Source of the DNA: Terriglobia bacterium
GTDB taxonomy: Bacteria; Acidobacteriota; Terriglobia; JAJPHL01; JAPKYU01
Reading direction: 5' to 3'
NCBI GenBank assembly: GCA_965206645.1
Contig: CBDBKE010000004.1
Coordinates: forward strand, 1,541,552-1,605,551
Length of the DNA stretch: 64,000 nucleotides
Each line of letters opens with the position of its first letter. The first letter of the stretch is position 1. The position numbers and the translations under genes are program-made. The notes beneath the pieces were generated by a model. It did no database searches. It was given only the letters and a program-made list of their open reading frames with translations, and had not been told where the DNA came from. Shown in pieces: positions 48,437 through 59,318 of the stretch.

Positions 48437-49473
48437 TCGACTCGCAGCCTGGGGATTCGCACCCTGGCCAGCTCCTCGGCAATACAGACTGCGTTCAGCG
48501 CCGACAAGCGCAGATTGTCGGCGGCGGCCCACAGCCAGTAACCGCACGAGCCCGCGCGATCCCGGCGGATATCGCCGACCAGGATGTCGTCGGAGGCGGC
48601 AGCTCCCACCGCCGTCGGCGCCTCTTCGCTGCTCCGGCGCAGGTCGAACCCGTCTCCCGACAGGGCCTCCTCAAGGTCAGCGGCATCGCGGGGCTGCTCC
48701 AGCTCCAGGTAGAAAGAAAACGTGTAGGCGTGGAAGGTAGGCGATTGCACCACCCGCACCGCAGGCCGCAACGCGCGGCCGCCCAGCAAGCGCTCGACGT
48801 GGCATCCAACCCGCTGCTCCACCTCAGCCAGCGAAGCTTGACTGCCCTCCCCGCAGGCGGCCAGCAGGTTAAACGCCACCTGGCTGCCGAACACCTGCTG
48901 CGGCACCTTTTGGAAACGGAGCAGGCTCATGGTCTGCTGGTGGAGTTCCGCCACTCCGGCCGCGCCGCGCTCACTGGCCGGCTCAAAGACGTTCACAACA
49001 GCGCGAGTCAGCGAAAAGCTGGCGGCCAGCCGTCGCAGGATGGAACTGATCGCCAGGGCTGCCGGGTGCGCCGCTGCGAATATCTTCCCTTCCCCCAGCG
49101 GAAGGTGCCCAGTAGCCAGCGGGCCGGCTACTGGCACCTCCGGCATCGCCTCCTCCAGTACCCCGCTCAGGTCAATCAACCGGCTACCTTTGCCCTCGGC
49201 CAATTTCCAGCAGTGCCGCATGAAGGGAGCCGAACCTGTGAAAAAGGCAAAATCCACCTGCTCAAAGCTCCCCTCATCCACGGAACGGATAAAGGTGGGC
49301 TCGCCTTGAAACTCGGCCAGTTGTCCTTGCCGTTCCTCATCATCCAGCAAGGTCAGGCGGCGAATAGGGAAAGAGCGTCTCTCCAGAACTTCTTTGACTT
49401 CCTTGCCCTTGAGCGAGGACGCTCCCACCAAGGCGATATGGAACCCGGCGTGAGGCATGTGGCCCTCAGGCAC
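48433..49473 (-). CDS. Semialdehyde dehydrogenase family protein (aspartate-semialdehyde dehydrogenase-like)
   Basis: N-terminal NAD-binding FHIALVGASSLKGKEV and a semialdehyde-DH dimerisation domain. Confidence 0.5.
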   Translation of the reverse strand: MPEGHMPHAGFHIALVGASSLKGKEVKEVLERRSFPIRRLTLLDDEERQGQLAEFQGEPTFIRSVDEGSFEQVDFAFFTGSAPFMRHCWKLAEGKGSRLIDLSGVLEEAMPEVPVAGPLATGHLPLGEGKIFAAAHPAALAISSILRRLAASFSLTRAVVNVFEPASERGAAGVAELHQQTMSLLRFQKVPQQVFGSQVAFNLLAACGEGSQASLAEVEQRVGCHVERLLGGRALRPAVRVVQSPTFHAYTFSFYLELEQPRDAADLEEALSGDGFDLRRSSEEAPTAVGAAASDDILVGDIRRDRAGSCGYWLWAAADNLRLSALNAVCIAEELARVRIPRLRVE

Positions 49474-50320
49474 CGGCGGGAAGATCCCCCGGAGGCGGCA
49501 CGGGGCGAGGGAAGCGGCGGCGAAAGAGGCCGCCGACGCGGGCCACTACGCCAGAGCCGGCATAGGTCAAGGCCATGGCCAGAAGGACCGGCTCGGAATA
49601 AAACCAGATAGCGGCCACCAGCGCGCCGATTGCAATCACGGGGACGAAGCGGCGGCGGCGACGCAGGTCCAGGTCCTTGAAGCTGTAATAGCGCCAGCGG
49701 CTCACCATTAGCAGTGCGATAGCCAGCAAAATCGTCAGCCACGCCAACGACCAGCCCCACCAGACCAGCGGTCTGCCGTTTCCGACGTGCACGATCGCGG
49801 CCAGTAGTCCGGCCGCCGCTGGAATAGGCAGGCCCGAAAAATATTTGCGGCCTGGACGCCCCGGATTGGCCAGCACCGGATCGGACTGGATGTTGAATCG
49901 CGCCAGCCTCGACGCCCCACAGAGCACGAACAGAAAGCTCAAGAACCAGCCCGCGCGATGGACGTGCTCCATCAACGCGGCACTACTCGGATCAACCCAG
50001 CGGATACCCCAAGTGAACGCCAGCAACGCCGGGGCAACCCCAAAGCTGATGACGTCAGCTAGCGAGTCAAATTCCCGACCGAACGCGCTGGCCGTGTTGG
50101 TCAGCCGGGCCAGGCGGCCATCCAGAAGGTCGAACAGCACGGCAAACCCGATGGCTTTCGCGGCGGCATCCAGATGCTGCGCGGCCACCTCCGGCGCGAG
50201 CACCGCCTCGAGGATCTGCGTTAGGGCAAAGTAGCCGCAAAACAGATTGGCCACGGTAAACAGGCTAGGCAGCAGGTAGGCGCCTCGGCGAACAGGCCGC
50301 AATCGGTTGGTCGTGGCCAT
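49466..50320 (-). CDS. pssA: CDP-diacylglycerol--serine O-phosphatidyltransferase (CDP-alcohol phosphatidyltransferase family)
   Basis: D-G-x2-A-R...G-x3-D-x3-D motif (DLLDGRLARLTNTASAFGREFDSLAD). Start MATTNRLRP at 50320. Confidence 0.8.
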   Translation of the reverse strand: MATTNRLRPVRRGAYLLPSLFTVANLFCGYFALTQILEAVLAPEVAAQHLDAAAKAIGFAVLFDLLDGRLARLTNTASAFGREFDSLADVISFGVAPALLAFTWGIRWVDPSSAALMEHVHRAGWFLSFLFVLCGASRLARFNIQSDPVLANPGRPGRKYFSGLPIPAAAGLLAAIVHVGNGRPLVWWGWSLAWLTILLAIALLMVSRWRYYSFKDLDLRRRRRFVPVIAIGALVAAIWFYSEPVLLAMALTYAGSGVVARVGGLFRRRFPRPVPPPGDLPAGA

Positions 50321-50321
50321 C

Positions 50322-50942
50322 TCAGTTTCTCCGCGCCAAGATAGTCGTGCCCGCGCGGACCCGCGTCCCCCACGGCACCAGAATTTCCCAGCTCGAGTCC
50401 AGAAAGACATCCACCCGGGACCCGAGTTTGATCATCCCGACTCGTTCCCCGCGAGCTACGCGATCCCCTTGCTTCTTCCAGAAGACGATGCGGCGGGCCA
50501 CCAGGCCGGCAATCTGCTTGAACACGACCACCCCTTCCGGCCCTTCTACAGTCACCGAGTTGCTCTCATTTTGAACCGAGGCCTCGGGCCGGTTAGCCAT
50601 CCGGAAGCGCCCCGGGCTGTATTGGACATCGCGGATGAAGCCAGCGATCGGCGCGCGGTTCACGTGGACGTCAAAGGGCGAAAGAAAGATGCTGATGCGG
50701 CGAACGGGGCGCCCTTGGTGCTCGCCCGCGCAGATGTCCACCACCCGGCCATCGGCCGGGGAAACCACCACCGGGCCCGGGTCGTTGGACACCAGACGCT
50801 CAGGATCTCGGAAGAAATAAAGGAGAAAGAGCGCCGCGGCCAGCGGCGGCAGGGCAAACCACACCCCAGCCAGCCAGGCCAGGAGCACCGCAGCCAGGCT
50901 TAGTGTTACGCCATAGCGGATTCCGTCGGAGACCACAGCCAC
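50322..50942 (-). CDS. psd: Phosphatidylserine decarboxylase (short, PSD-type proenzyme)
   Basis: LGST-like self-cleavage region (GMIKLGSRVD) and PSD fold. Adjacent to pssA. Confidence 0.8.
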   Translation of the reverse strand: MAVVSDGIRYGVTLSLAAVLLAWLAGVWFALPPLAAALFLLYFFRDPERLVSNDPGPVVVSPADGRVVDICAGEHQGRPVRRISIFLSPFDVHVNRAPIAGFIRDVQYSPGRFRMANRPEASVQNESNSVTVEGPEGVVVFKQIAGLVARRIVFWKKQGDRVARGERVGMIKLGSRVDVFLDSSWEILVPWGTRVRAGTTILARRN

Positions 50943-51045
50943 TCCCGTATTTTACCAGAGCCCCAAAGCCTAAAGGGGGCGATGAGCCTTTGCGGCGCAT
51001 CGCCCCTCTGTGTTTCCCGTCTGCCAGTCAATCGGCCAAAGACCG

Positions 51046-51285
51046 TCAGGCCACCGAAGGGTGTTCCTTCTTATGCTGCTGAATGATCCGCTGCATTTCG
51101 TCTTTCAGGCGGAGTTTCAGCTTCTTTAGCTTCGCCTCCTCCAGCTGCTCCTCGTCATTGAGGTAGCTCTTGCTGGAGAGCTCTTGCAGTTGTTCGTCGT
51201 AGATATGGTGTTGATCCGCCAGCCTTCGAAATTCCTCATTGGTTGCCACCAGGTACCCTTTGAGATCCTGAGGGCGATCCATCAT
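51046..51285 (-). CDS. DUF465 (YdcH-like) small coiled-coil protein
   Basis: EEQLEEAKLKKLKLRLKDEM matches the DUF465 pattern. Confidence 0.6.
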   Translation of the reverse strand: MMDRPQDLKGYLVATNEEFRRLADQHHIYDEQLQELSSKSYLNDEEQLEEAKLKKLKLRLKDEMQRIIQQHKKEHPSVA

Positions 51286-51361
51286 AAGGTATGCCTCCGG
51301 GGAAGAAGTCTGGGGTCAGACTAGCACAGCGCGCGAGCCGGTTCAAGGAACAAAGCGGCGG

Positions 51362-51811
51362 TCAGCTCCCGGCAGCCTTCTTGGCCGCCACCTTGGCCGC
51401 GAACCTGGCCCGGTCCACGATGGCGCGCCCGACCGTGCCCCGGCCGATCTGTTCGCGCTCGTCGCGCGCTTCCACGCGGAATTCTAGAAAGCGACCGTCC
51501 ACCCGGATCAGTTCTGCGCGCACCGTCACCTGCATCCCCTCCGGGGTAGCCGCCAGGTGCTCGACGTGGATCGCCGTGCCCAGGGTAAGGGTCCCCGGCG
51601 GCAGCGCCGGCGCCACCGCCTGGCCTGCGGCCCGTTCCATCGCCAGCACCATCGCCGGGGTGGCATAGACCGCCGGCATCGCCGGGTCGTGCGACTGCAC
51701 GGTGAGCGAGTGTTCCACTCGCTCGCTGAATTCGTAAGAGAGGCCCGGTTGCAGCTCTAGGGGCTCCGAAGATCCACCCGCCGTGCCGCCTGGTATCCCT
51801 GGGGTGTTCAT
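51362..51811 (-). CDS. Hotdog-fold thioesterase family protein
   Basis: Size and central-helix pattern of thioesterase superfamily members. Confidence 0.5.
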   Translation of the reverse strand: MNTPGIPGGTAGGSSEPLELQPGLSYEFSERVEHSLTVQSHDPAMPAVYATPAMVLAMERAAGQAVAPALPPGTLTLGTAIHVEHLAATPEGMQVTVRAELIRVDGRFLEFRVEARDEREQIGRGTVGRAIVDRARFAAKVAAKKAAGS

Positions 51812-53076
51812 TGTGCTTTGACCTTGCGCTGCGCAGCCACAGCCTCAAAAGCGGTGGCCGCGGCGCGGACAGTGATTTCGATATCCGCTTCGCTGTGGGC
51901 GGCGGAGAGAAACGCCGCCTCAAACTGCGAGGGCGGCAGGTATATGCCTTCTTCCAGCATGGCACGGAAGAAGGCGGCGAAGGCTTCGGTATCACTGGTC
52001 TTGGCCGTCGCATAGTCTTTCACCGGACGGTCGGTGAAGAAAAAAGTAAACATGGACCCGCGGCGGTTGATGGTGAGAGAAACCTCGGCGGTCGCCGCGG
52101 CTGAAGCGACGCCGCTGGTCAGCCCTTCTGCCCGCTGGTCGAGTCCGGCATAGAGATCGGGGTCGCGGCGCAGCACCCGCAATGTCGCGATGCCTGCAGC
52201 TACCGCTAGTGGGTTGCCCGAAAGCGTACCCGCCTGATAGACGGGACCTTCCGGGGCTATCTGCGCCATGATCTCGGCCCGCCCGCCATAGGCACCCACC
52301 GGCAGGCCGCCGCCGATGATCTTGCCCAGGATGGTCAGGTCCGGAACGATTCCGGCCAGCCGTTGCACCCCGCCAAACGTCAGCCGGAAGCCGGTCATCA
52401 CCTCGTCGAAGATCAACAGCGCTCCGGCCTGCTCACTCCGTCGGCGCAGCAATTCCAGGTAGCCAGGCTCGGGGGGTACGCAGCCCATGTTGCCCACGAT
52501 CGGCTCGACGATGACGCAGGCGATTTGGCTGCCAAAGCGGTCAAAGGCTGCCTCCAGCGCCGCGAAGTCGTTAAAGGGCAAAGCGAGGGTCTGACGCGTC
52601 ACTTCCGGTGGCACGCCGGCGGTGTCGGGCAAGCCGAAGGTGGCCACGCCCGAGCCCGCCTTCACCAGCAGGGAATCCACGTGCCCGTGGTAGCAGCCTT
52701 CGAACTTCACCACCAGCGTCCGGCCCGTAAAGGCTCGCGCCACGCGGATGGCGCTCATGGCGGCCTCGGTGCCCGAGTTCACCAACCGCACTTTCTCCAT
52801 CGAAGGGAAAGCTTCGCAGATGAGCGAGGCCAGTTCCAACTCGCCCTCCGTGGCAGCGCCGAAACTGGTGCCCCGCCCCACCGCCTCTCGCAGCGCGTCG
52901 ACCACCTCCGGATAGCAGTGACCCAAGATGAGCGGTCCCCAGGAGTTGACATAATCCAGGTACTCATTGCCGTCCACGTCCCAGACCCGGGCGCCTGCGC
53001 CGTACCCCACCACGACCGGCTCCGCACCCACGGCGCGGAACGCGCGCACCGGCGAATTCACCCCGCCGGGAATCAA
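51808..53076 (-). CDS. hemL: Glutamate-1-semialdehyde 2,1-aminomutase
   Basis: Class III aminotransferase with the PLP-lysine region ([10 protein letters not shown]...). Confidence 0.9.
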   Translation of the reverse strand: MIPGGVNSPVRAFRAVGAEPVVVGYGAGARVWDVDGNEYLDYVNSWGPLILGHCYPEVVDALREAVGRGTSFGAATEGELELASLICEAFPSMEKVRLVNSGTEAAMSAIRVARAFTGRTLVVKFEGCYHGHVDSLLVKAGSGVATFGLPDTAGVPPEVTRQTLALPFNDFAALEAAFDRFGSQIACVIVEPIVGNMGCVPPEPGYLELLRRRSEQAGALLIFDEVMTGFRLTFGGVQRLAGIVPDLTILGKIIGGGLPVGAYGGRAEIMAQIAPEGPVYQAGTLSGNPLAVAAGIATLRVLRRDPDLYAGLDQRAEGLTSGVASAAATAEVSLTINRRGSMFTFFFTDRPVKDYATAKTSDTEAFAAFFRAMLEEGIYLPPSQFEAAFLSAAHSEADIEITVRAAATAFEAVAAQRKVKAQ

Positions 53077-53287
53077 TTGCCGGGCACGGCGGAAAATTTC
53101 TTCCGATTGTTTATGCGGCTTCAGGTCGGCCTCCTTGCTGCTCTCGGCCCAGCAGGCTCCGGACCGGTAACGCGACGCCCGATCGCGGCCATCTGGGCTG
53201 CGGCAAAGGCGCCGGCAGGCCCGCCCTCAACCACTGCGATGCAGCTCGGTTGGCGCGATGCCGTTTCGGCTTTCCCCGCATCGGCTA

Positions 53288-53680
53288 TCAATACCGCCCA
53301 CCACCTCCAGCTTCCTGCGGCGCGGAGGTGACTCCCTTGGTCTTGTCGCGCTCCACCAGCCAGGTGCGGCTTCCCGCGCGCTTCAGCACGTAGCGCAGCG
53401 AAACGCTCGATTGCGGGTCTTCCCTGCCGTGAAACAGCACCGTAGCCTCCGCTTGGTCATCTCGGAAGGTGACCTGTTGGATTTCCATGGACATGGCCGT
53501 GGGCGACAAAATCGGGCGCGAGTTCACGTAGTCCTGGATGGCCTTCTCGACATCGGCTCGATCGTTGACCGGCGCCTGCTGGGAGCAGCCCGTGACGACG
53601 GTCAGCAGCAAGCAAAGCGCCACTAGCGCAGGCATCCGCCCTGAGGCTAGCGCAGAAGCTCGCACGCATACAAGGAGCAT
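53288..53680 (-). CDS. Small hypothetical lipoprotein
   Basis: Signal + lipobox LLTVVTGC|SQQ. No known domain. Confidence 0.4.
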   Translation of the reverse strand: MLLVCVRASALASGRMPALVALCLLLTVVTGCSQQAPVNDRADVEKAIQDYVNSRPILSPTAMSMEIQQVTFRDDQAEATVLFHGREDPQSSVSLRYVLKRAGSRTWLVERDKTKGVTSAPQEAGGGGRY

Positions 53681-53751
53681 TCCGATGACGCCAGCTTAGG
53701 TCTCGATCCTGCCGACAAACCGCCCGCCCCGGTCGTGCTACAGTGGTGGCA

Positions 53752-55089
53752 ATGCTGGACTTGAATTTTGTACGAAAGAACCTGGACCTAGTAACCCAGA
53801 AACTGAGCGCGCGTGGTTTGACCAGCACTGGCCTGGAACGATTTCAGGAAATAGACACCAAACGCCGGCGGGCACTGACGGAAGTCGAAAAGCTGAAGAA
53901 CAGACGGAACGAAGCCAGCAAGAAAATTGCACATTTGAAACAGGGCGAGACGTTCACCCCATACGGTCCCCAGCCACCGGAGGGACTGAAAGAGCGATTC
54001 CGCGAGATGCGAGCGCTCTCCGACCAGATCAAGGAGATGGACGAGCGAGCGGGAAAGCTGGACGCCGAACTGCAAGAGCTACTGGCGGGCTTGCCGAATG
54101 TGCCGCACGAGACCGTGCCCGCCGGCCGCACCCCCGAGGACAACGTGGAAGTGCGTCGCTGGGGCACGCCGCCGCAGTTTTCCTTCACCCCGCGACCACA
54201 CTGGGAACTGGGAGAAGCGCTGGGCGTGCTGGACCTGGAGCGCGCGGCTAAGATCACCGGAGCGCGCTTCGCGGTCTACTGGGATCTGGGCGCGAAGCTG
54301 GAACGCGCCCTGCAGAACTTCATGCTCGACCTGCATACGCGCGAGCACGGCTACCTCGAAGTGCTGCCGCCTGCGATGGTAAATTCCGCCAGCCTGTTCG
54401 GAACCGGGCAGTTGCCCAAGTTCGCCGACGACCTGTTTAAGCTCGAAGGGCACGATCTCTGGCTGACCCCCACGGCCGAGGTGCAGTTGACGAACTTGTT
54501 CCGCGACGAAGTGCTGGAGACCGAGCAGCTCCCGATCAAGCTCTGCGCGTTTACCCCATGCTTCCGCAGCGAGGCGGGAAGCTACGGGAAAGACGTCCGC
54601 GGCATTATCCGCCAGCACCAGTTCCAGAAGGTGGAGCTGGTGAAGTTCACGCATCCGGAGCGCTCCTACGAGGAGCTGGAAGAGCTGACCCGCAACGCCG
54701 AAACCATTCTGCAAGAACTGGGGTTGCACTACCGTGTGGTGGCGCTATGCACTGGTGACCTGGGCTTCGCCTCCTCCAAGACCTACGACATCGAAGTCTG
54801 GACACCGGCTCAGGGCGTCTACCGGGAAATTTCTTCCTGTAGCAATTTTGAGTCCTACCAGGCGCGGCGCGCCAATTTGCGCTTCCGCCCACGGGCGCGG
54901 GGCAAGACCGAATTCGTGCACACCCTGAACGGCAGCGGCCTAGCGATCGGGCGCACTTGGCTGGCGATCGCGGAAAATTACCAACAGGAAGATGGCTCGG
55001 TTCTGCTTCCCGAGGTACTGCGCGGCTACCTGCACGGCGCCGAGCGCATTGCCGCCACGGGCAAACTGGTGGGCGCGCGATCCTCCTGA
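53752..55089 (+). CDS. serS: Seryl-tRNA synthetase
   Basis: N-terminal coiled-coil arm and class II motifs ([38 protein letters not shown]). Confidence 0.9.
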   Translation: MLDLNFVRKNLDLVTQKLSARGLTSTGLERFQEIDTKRRRALTEVEKLKNRRNEASKKIAHLKQGETFTPYGPQPPEGLKERFREMRALSDQIKEMDERAGKLDAELQELLAGLPNVPHETVPAGRTPEDNVEVRRWGTPPQFSFTPRPHWELGEALGVLDLERAAKITGARFAVYWDLGAKLERALQNFMLDLHTREHGYLEVLPPAMVNSASLFGTGQLPKFADDLFKLEGHDLWLTPTAEVQLTNLFRDEVLETEQLPIKLCAFTPCFRSEAGSYGKDVRGIIRQHQFQKVELVKFTHPERSYEELEELTRNAETILQELGLHYRVVALCTGDLGFASSKTYDIEVWTPAQGVYREISSCSNFESYQARRANLRFRPRARGKTEFVHTLNGSGLAIGRTWLAIAENYQQEDGSVLLPEVLRGYLHGAERIAATGKLVGARSS

Positions 55090-55113
55090 GCCGGTAGTGT
55101 CTCAGTTTGAATG

Positions 55114-56157
55114 TTAGCGGCTGCCTGTAAGTTCGTAGTGATCCCGCTCTTTGTCACACATCCAGGGCGGTTGCCTATTACCCCGGAAACCCGTTCCCGT
55201 TTCGGTACTAGCGGGTCCACCAACGGAGCCAGGAATGGGTGCATTGAGTCTGAACATCTGTGTTCCATTACATCCCGGATGCGTACAAGGTCTTGTTTCA
55301 TTCTCTGTCGGCATGATCTGTACCTCAACATTCAGTTTACCCAGAAGCGCGATTTCCTCTAAGTCCCAAACGTGATCGGCAACCCCAGCCTCCATTGCCG
55401 GTGTGACCCTGAGCGTCTTGTGGATACGGGCGAAGTTGTAGTACATGAAGTATAGGGCTAGCGCCGCCGCGTGGTTCTCTAGCTTCTTTGAAAACCCATT
55501 GGTCAATCGGGTGAACCTCCTCATGTACATGCGCATCGTGAGGTTCTGCCGCTCTATGTAGCTCGTGCTTATATGCTTTGGGTGAGGGTTCCCCATGACA
55601 ACGGTAGGAACCGCACCGATGCACTGTGCGGGACTGTGCCGCTTCTCCTGCTCGGAATCGGCCCCATACAGTTTGACCAGCATTGCGTAGTCAACGCCCG
55701 AACCAAAGGCACCTTCGACAGCGGTTAAATACGCCTTGTGACCGTCCGTTGTGAGTTGCACGCGATTCGCCAGCCGTCCAGCAAGATCGTCAATGAATTC
55801 CTTCGCCGTATGTGCATCGCGTGAACCGAGCCGCCAAGATAGAACTAACTTCGTATCCGCATCCATGGCCGTCCAGGTCCACACGTCGCCAGCGTGCCCG
55901 CGCTCCAGCATCTTCGGCGTGACGTTCTTTTCCTTCGCATAGACAAAACTCCAAATCTCATCGCACTGAATTCGGTTTAGCTTGAGATTACGGAACATGC
56001 GGTCCTGAAAGTCGGAGCACGCCGCGCCCACCTCGACCAGCAGCTTCGTGACGGTGTTGATAGAAACATCGGCCATGCGGCTAGTGGAGCGCAGGCTGCT
56101 ACCCTCAGCCAACATTCCAAGGATCGCGGTGCGTTTCTGAATTGGTAAGCGATTCAC
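55114..56157 (-). CDS. IS1/IS1595-family DDE transposase
   Basis: N-terminal HTH. C-terminal YIERQNLTMRMYMRRFTRLTNGFSKKLENHAAALALYFMYYNFARIH matches the InsB-like signature. Lower GC than its surroundings. Confidence 0.65.
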   Translation of the reverse strand: MNRLPIQKRTAILGMLAEGSSLRSTSRMADVSINTVTKLLVEVGAACSDFQDRMFRNLKLNRIQCDEIWSFVYAKEKNVTPKMLERGHAGDVWTWTAMDADTKLVLSWRLGSRDAHTAKEFIDDLAGRLANRVQLTTDGHKAYLTAVEGAFGSGVDYAMLVKLYGADSEQEKRHSPAQCIGAVPTVVMGNPHPKHISTSYIERQNLTMRMYMRRFTRLTNGFSKKLENHAAALALYFMYYNFARIHKTLRVTPAMEAGVADHVWDLEEIALLGKLNVEVQIMPTENETRPCTHPGCNGTQMFRLNAPIPGSVGGPASTETGTGFRGNRQPPWMCDKERDHYELTGSR

Positions 56158-56292
56158 GGTCCAAGCATAATGAACTCTCCATATTGCGTCAAGCAGTAAG
56201 TTCAGTTTAACGCCATCGGTTCAGTAGTGTATTGACATCATTCCCAGGGCTTGCTATGCTCATGCCCGGCGATTTCCCAAGGGCCATGATGA

Positions 56293-56589
56293 ATGGAAGT
56301 CAAGTTCAACGACAAAGACTTGGCGCTCATAGAGACAGACCGAGCGGCGGAGACGCGTCTGCCCGTATCCGTCATCAACTCTTCCAGACGGAAGTTAGTG
56401 GTGATTCGGGCGGCACCCGACGAGAGGACGTTAAGAAACTGGAAGAGTCTTCACTACGAGAAACTGGAGGGCAAGAAGAGCGGACGACGGTCGATCAGGC
56501 TGAACGACCAGTGGCGGGTAGTCTTTACTCTCAACACGGACTCCAAGCCAAACAAGATCACAGTCTTGGCAGTCGAGGACTATCACTGA
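56293..56589 (+). CDS. higB: HigB-like (RelE/ParE superfamily, plasmid-killer family) toxin
   Basis: WRVVFTLNTDSKPNKITVLAVEDYH C-terminal signature. Confidence 0.75.
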   Translation: MEVKFNDKDLALIETDRAAETRLPVSVINSSRRKLVVIRAAPDERTLRNWKSLHYEKLEGKKSGRRSIRLNDQWRVVFTLNTDSKPNKITVLAVEDYH

Positions 56590-56600
56590 AGGGGGCAACT

Positions 56601-57734
56601 ATGTCAGCCACGAACGCGAACTGGATTATGCACCCTGGGTTTTACATCAAGGAGGAGATGGAGGAGCGCGGCTGGCTCCAGCGCGACCTTGCTTTCATAC
56701 TCGGTTGCCCGGAGCAGGCGGTGAATATGATTCTGTCCGGTAAGCGCGGAATCAGCCCTGAGATGGCAAAGGCACTCGGCGAGGCATTCGATGTTCCGGC
56801 AGAGTTCTTTGCAAATCTCCAGCAGGCCTACGATATGGCGCAGGCACGCAACCCCGATCCGGGTGTCGCCGTGCGCCGGAACATGCAAAGCACCTACCCC
56901 GTGCGGGAAATGATAAAGCGGGGCTGGATCGAGTTGTCCGATCCGGCACTTCTTGAGTCTCAGCTTGCGAGGCTCTTTCAAGTTGGGGGCGCAGACAAAA
57001 TCCCGTATATGGCGCACCCCGCAAAGAAAAGTAGTTATGAAGAGCGAGATGTCCCGCCCGCTCAGTTGGCTTGGCTGTTCAGGGTTCGTCAGATAGCCAA
57101 GTCAATAAGCGTTCCTCGGTATTCCGAAAGGATGCTACGGCAGGCCCTAGCCGAAATGGAAACGCTGTTGATCGCCCCGGAGGAGGCTCGGTGTGTACCG
57201 CGTATTCTCACGGAGGTTGGAGTCCGTTATGTTCTGGTGGAGAAGCTACCGACCGCGAAAATTGACGGCGTGTGCTTCTGGTTGGATGGGCGCTCTCCGG
57301 TCATAGGCATGTCCCTACAGCACGACCGAATCGACAATTTTTGGTTTGTATTGAGGCACGAGATTGAACATGTCCTCCAGCGGCACGGGCAACAGCAGGA
57401 AATAATCGACGCCGACCTTGAAGGGGCAGGCGGCTCTGCGTGGGGTTCTGTTCCGCGAGAGGAGCAGATCGCAAATGGGGCGGCTGCTAACTTCTGCACC
57501 CCCACGGAAAGGCTGGAATCTTTCATCCGGCGCAAGCACCCCTTCTATTACGAAAAGGATGTCGTGGCGTTTTCTCGCACTCTAAACCGACATCCTGGCG
57601 TTGTGATTGGGCAGCTTCGTCGAAAGCTGGAACGGTACGACTACCTGACTCGCTACTTGGTCAAGATTCGACCGTTCGTGGTCTCCGGATCGATTGCAGA
57701 CGGCTGGGGACAGTTAGCACCAGTTTCTTTGTGA
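56601..57734 (+). CDS. higA: HigA-type XRE-HTH antitoxin fused to an ImmA/IrrE-family HExxH metallopeptidase domain
   Basis: N-terminal HTH (LQRDLAFILGCPEQAVNMILSGKRGISPEMAKALG). C-terminal HEIEH motif in a COG2856-like domain. AAGGGGG RBS. Directly follows higB. Confidence 0.7.
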   Translation: MSATNANWIMHPGFYIKEEMEERGWLQRDLAFILGCPEQAVNMILSGKRGISPEMAKALGEAFDVPAEFFANLQQAYDMAQARNPDPGVAVRRNMQSTYPVREMIKRGWIELSDPALLESQLARLFQVGGADKIPYMAHPAKKSSYEERDVPPAQLAWLFRVRQIAKSISVPRYSERMLRQALAEMETLLIAPEEARCVPRILTEVGVRYVLVEKLPTAKIDGVCFWLDGRSPVIGMSLQHDRIDNFWFVLRHEIEHVLQRHGQQQEIIDADLEGAGGSAWGSVPREEQIANGAAANFCTPTERLESFIRRKHPFYYEKDVVAFSRTLNRHPGVVIGQLRRKLERYDYLTRYLVKIRPFVVSGSIADGWGQLAPVSL

Positions 57735-57756
57735 AAGAAAGAATAGAGGTAGACCG

Positions 57757-58216
57757 ATGGCAACTAAAAACGAACAACTACAGCGGGTTTGGCACCACTA
57801 CGATAATCGGCAGGCACACAGGCCACTTAGTGCTCGACAGGCTGTTGAATGGGCTGTTGCGGAGGGACTGCTAGAACTCCCGGAAACCGATCCCTACGAC
57901 GTGCTTGCGGGTGAAATGTCACAGGCCCTTCGCGAGGAGTTCCAGACTGATGAAGAGGGGCGCAGATACAGGGTCAACCACGCTGTCCGCATTACCAAGA
58001 GTGGCGTCCAGCATACCTTCTGGGGGGTTATGGGTTACGCGCCGCACGATTACAATGGAGAAGGCTTTCGCACAGCGGCGTGAGCAGGTGGTCGGAGACC
58101 TTATGCAGCTCAAGACTGATGTTGATGTCTACAACGACATGAATAAGGGCAGGAGGCCTCCGATTCAGATTGAACTTGATTTTAGGGACGATGTGGCAGA
58201 GCGGCAGCAAGTATAG
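57757..58216 (+). pseudogene. Hypothetical protein, apparently frameshifted near 58060 (ORFs 57757..58083 and 57905..58216)
   Basis: Two overlapping same-strand ORFs in different frames. No domain recognised. Confidence 0.3.
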
Positions 58217-58235
58217 AAGGCTCCGCCCCGCAAGG

Positions 58236-58475
58236 CTACGGTTGTCGCCTAGACTTCTTCCAGCGAGCCTGAGCTGCTAGCTTAGCGATTTCTTGCCGCT
58301 GTTCTGACGTAAGGCGCTTTGCTCTGGCACGTCCGCCCTTCAGACCCCCAGCTCTCCTCTTAGAAGGCATCTTCTTGGCCTCGCTGAGGGTATCTTCAAC
58401 CTCACCGGTAGCAATGTCTAGGATCAGCTTGGCTAGCTGGTTTGGATCGCGTGGGCGCTTTGGACCCCCTTGCAC
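58236..58475 (-). CDS. Small basic hypothetical protein (Lys/Arg-rich, possibly DNA-binding)
   Basis: 79-aa ORF with KRRAGGLKGGRARAKRL. Low-GC island context. Confidence 0.25.
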   Translation of the reverse strand: MQGGPKRPRDPNQLAKLILDIATGEVEDTLSEAKKMPSKRRAGGLKGGRARAKRLTSEQRQEIAKLAAQARWKKSRRQP

Positions 58476-58613
58476 TCTGTCAGTATGCCACGCTTAACAG
58501 ACCCCCGCCATCCCTAGTCACTCCCAAACTGAGACACTACCCCCGAGCCAGTCGTGTTGCCAATCCTGCCGCACTTTTGCTATATTGTTTGGTGGTCTTT
58601 GCGCCCACCACAT

Positions 58614-58690
<77 letters not shown>

Positions 58691-58730
58691 ATCATAACCG
58701 CGAACTTTTGCGGTCTGTTAGTTAACGCAA

Positions 58731-58765
58731 GACCCCGACGGACGGCCCCGCCGGGGTCTTGTCGT
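58731..58765 (+). terminator. Hairpin GACCCCG-N14-CGGGGTC followed by a weak T-tract, downstream of the tRNA
   Basis: Read directly. Confidence 0.35.
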
Positions 58766-59318
58766 ATCTGGCGCTTTTCCAATCGCTTGCGCCGACCTAC
58801 ACATTCTTTCCGATTCTCCAGTTCGTAAACTGACGCACGGGGTAGCGCGTGCAACCATGGGGGTTGCGCACGCCCCCCCAAGATATCGTTTACGGATTCT
58901 CCCATTCTCCATTTAACATCCCGCTTTATTTAACGGCCCGGTTGCACGCGGACCACCGAAAGTGACACTTTTTCACTCGCTCCGGTAAGTATCTATTCCG
59001 GTAAGTATCTATATAGAAGCCGGGCCAAGAGGGTCCGGCGGATCACCAGACAGCGGCGGCGGCCGTGAAAACGGAGCCCGTTGTGGGTGCCGGCGACATC
59101 GCCTGGTGCGGTGTCGAGCGGACTCCATCGGCTCCTGACGACCGTTTCCGTCCCACGCGGCATCCACAGCACCTCCTCTTCCGCGGCCTCCCGCCAAGGA
59201 GGACCGGATGCCGACCAACGCAAACATCCCACCCTCCCGCGATGAAGTGATCGCGGAGATCGCCTCGATCCTGGCCCAAGGCTGCCTGCGCCTCCGGAAG
59301 AGTCGACGAATCTCGCCC

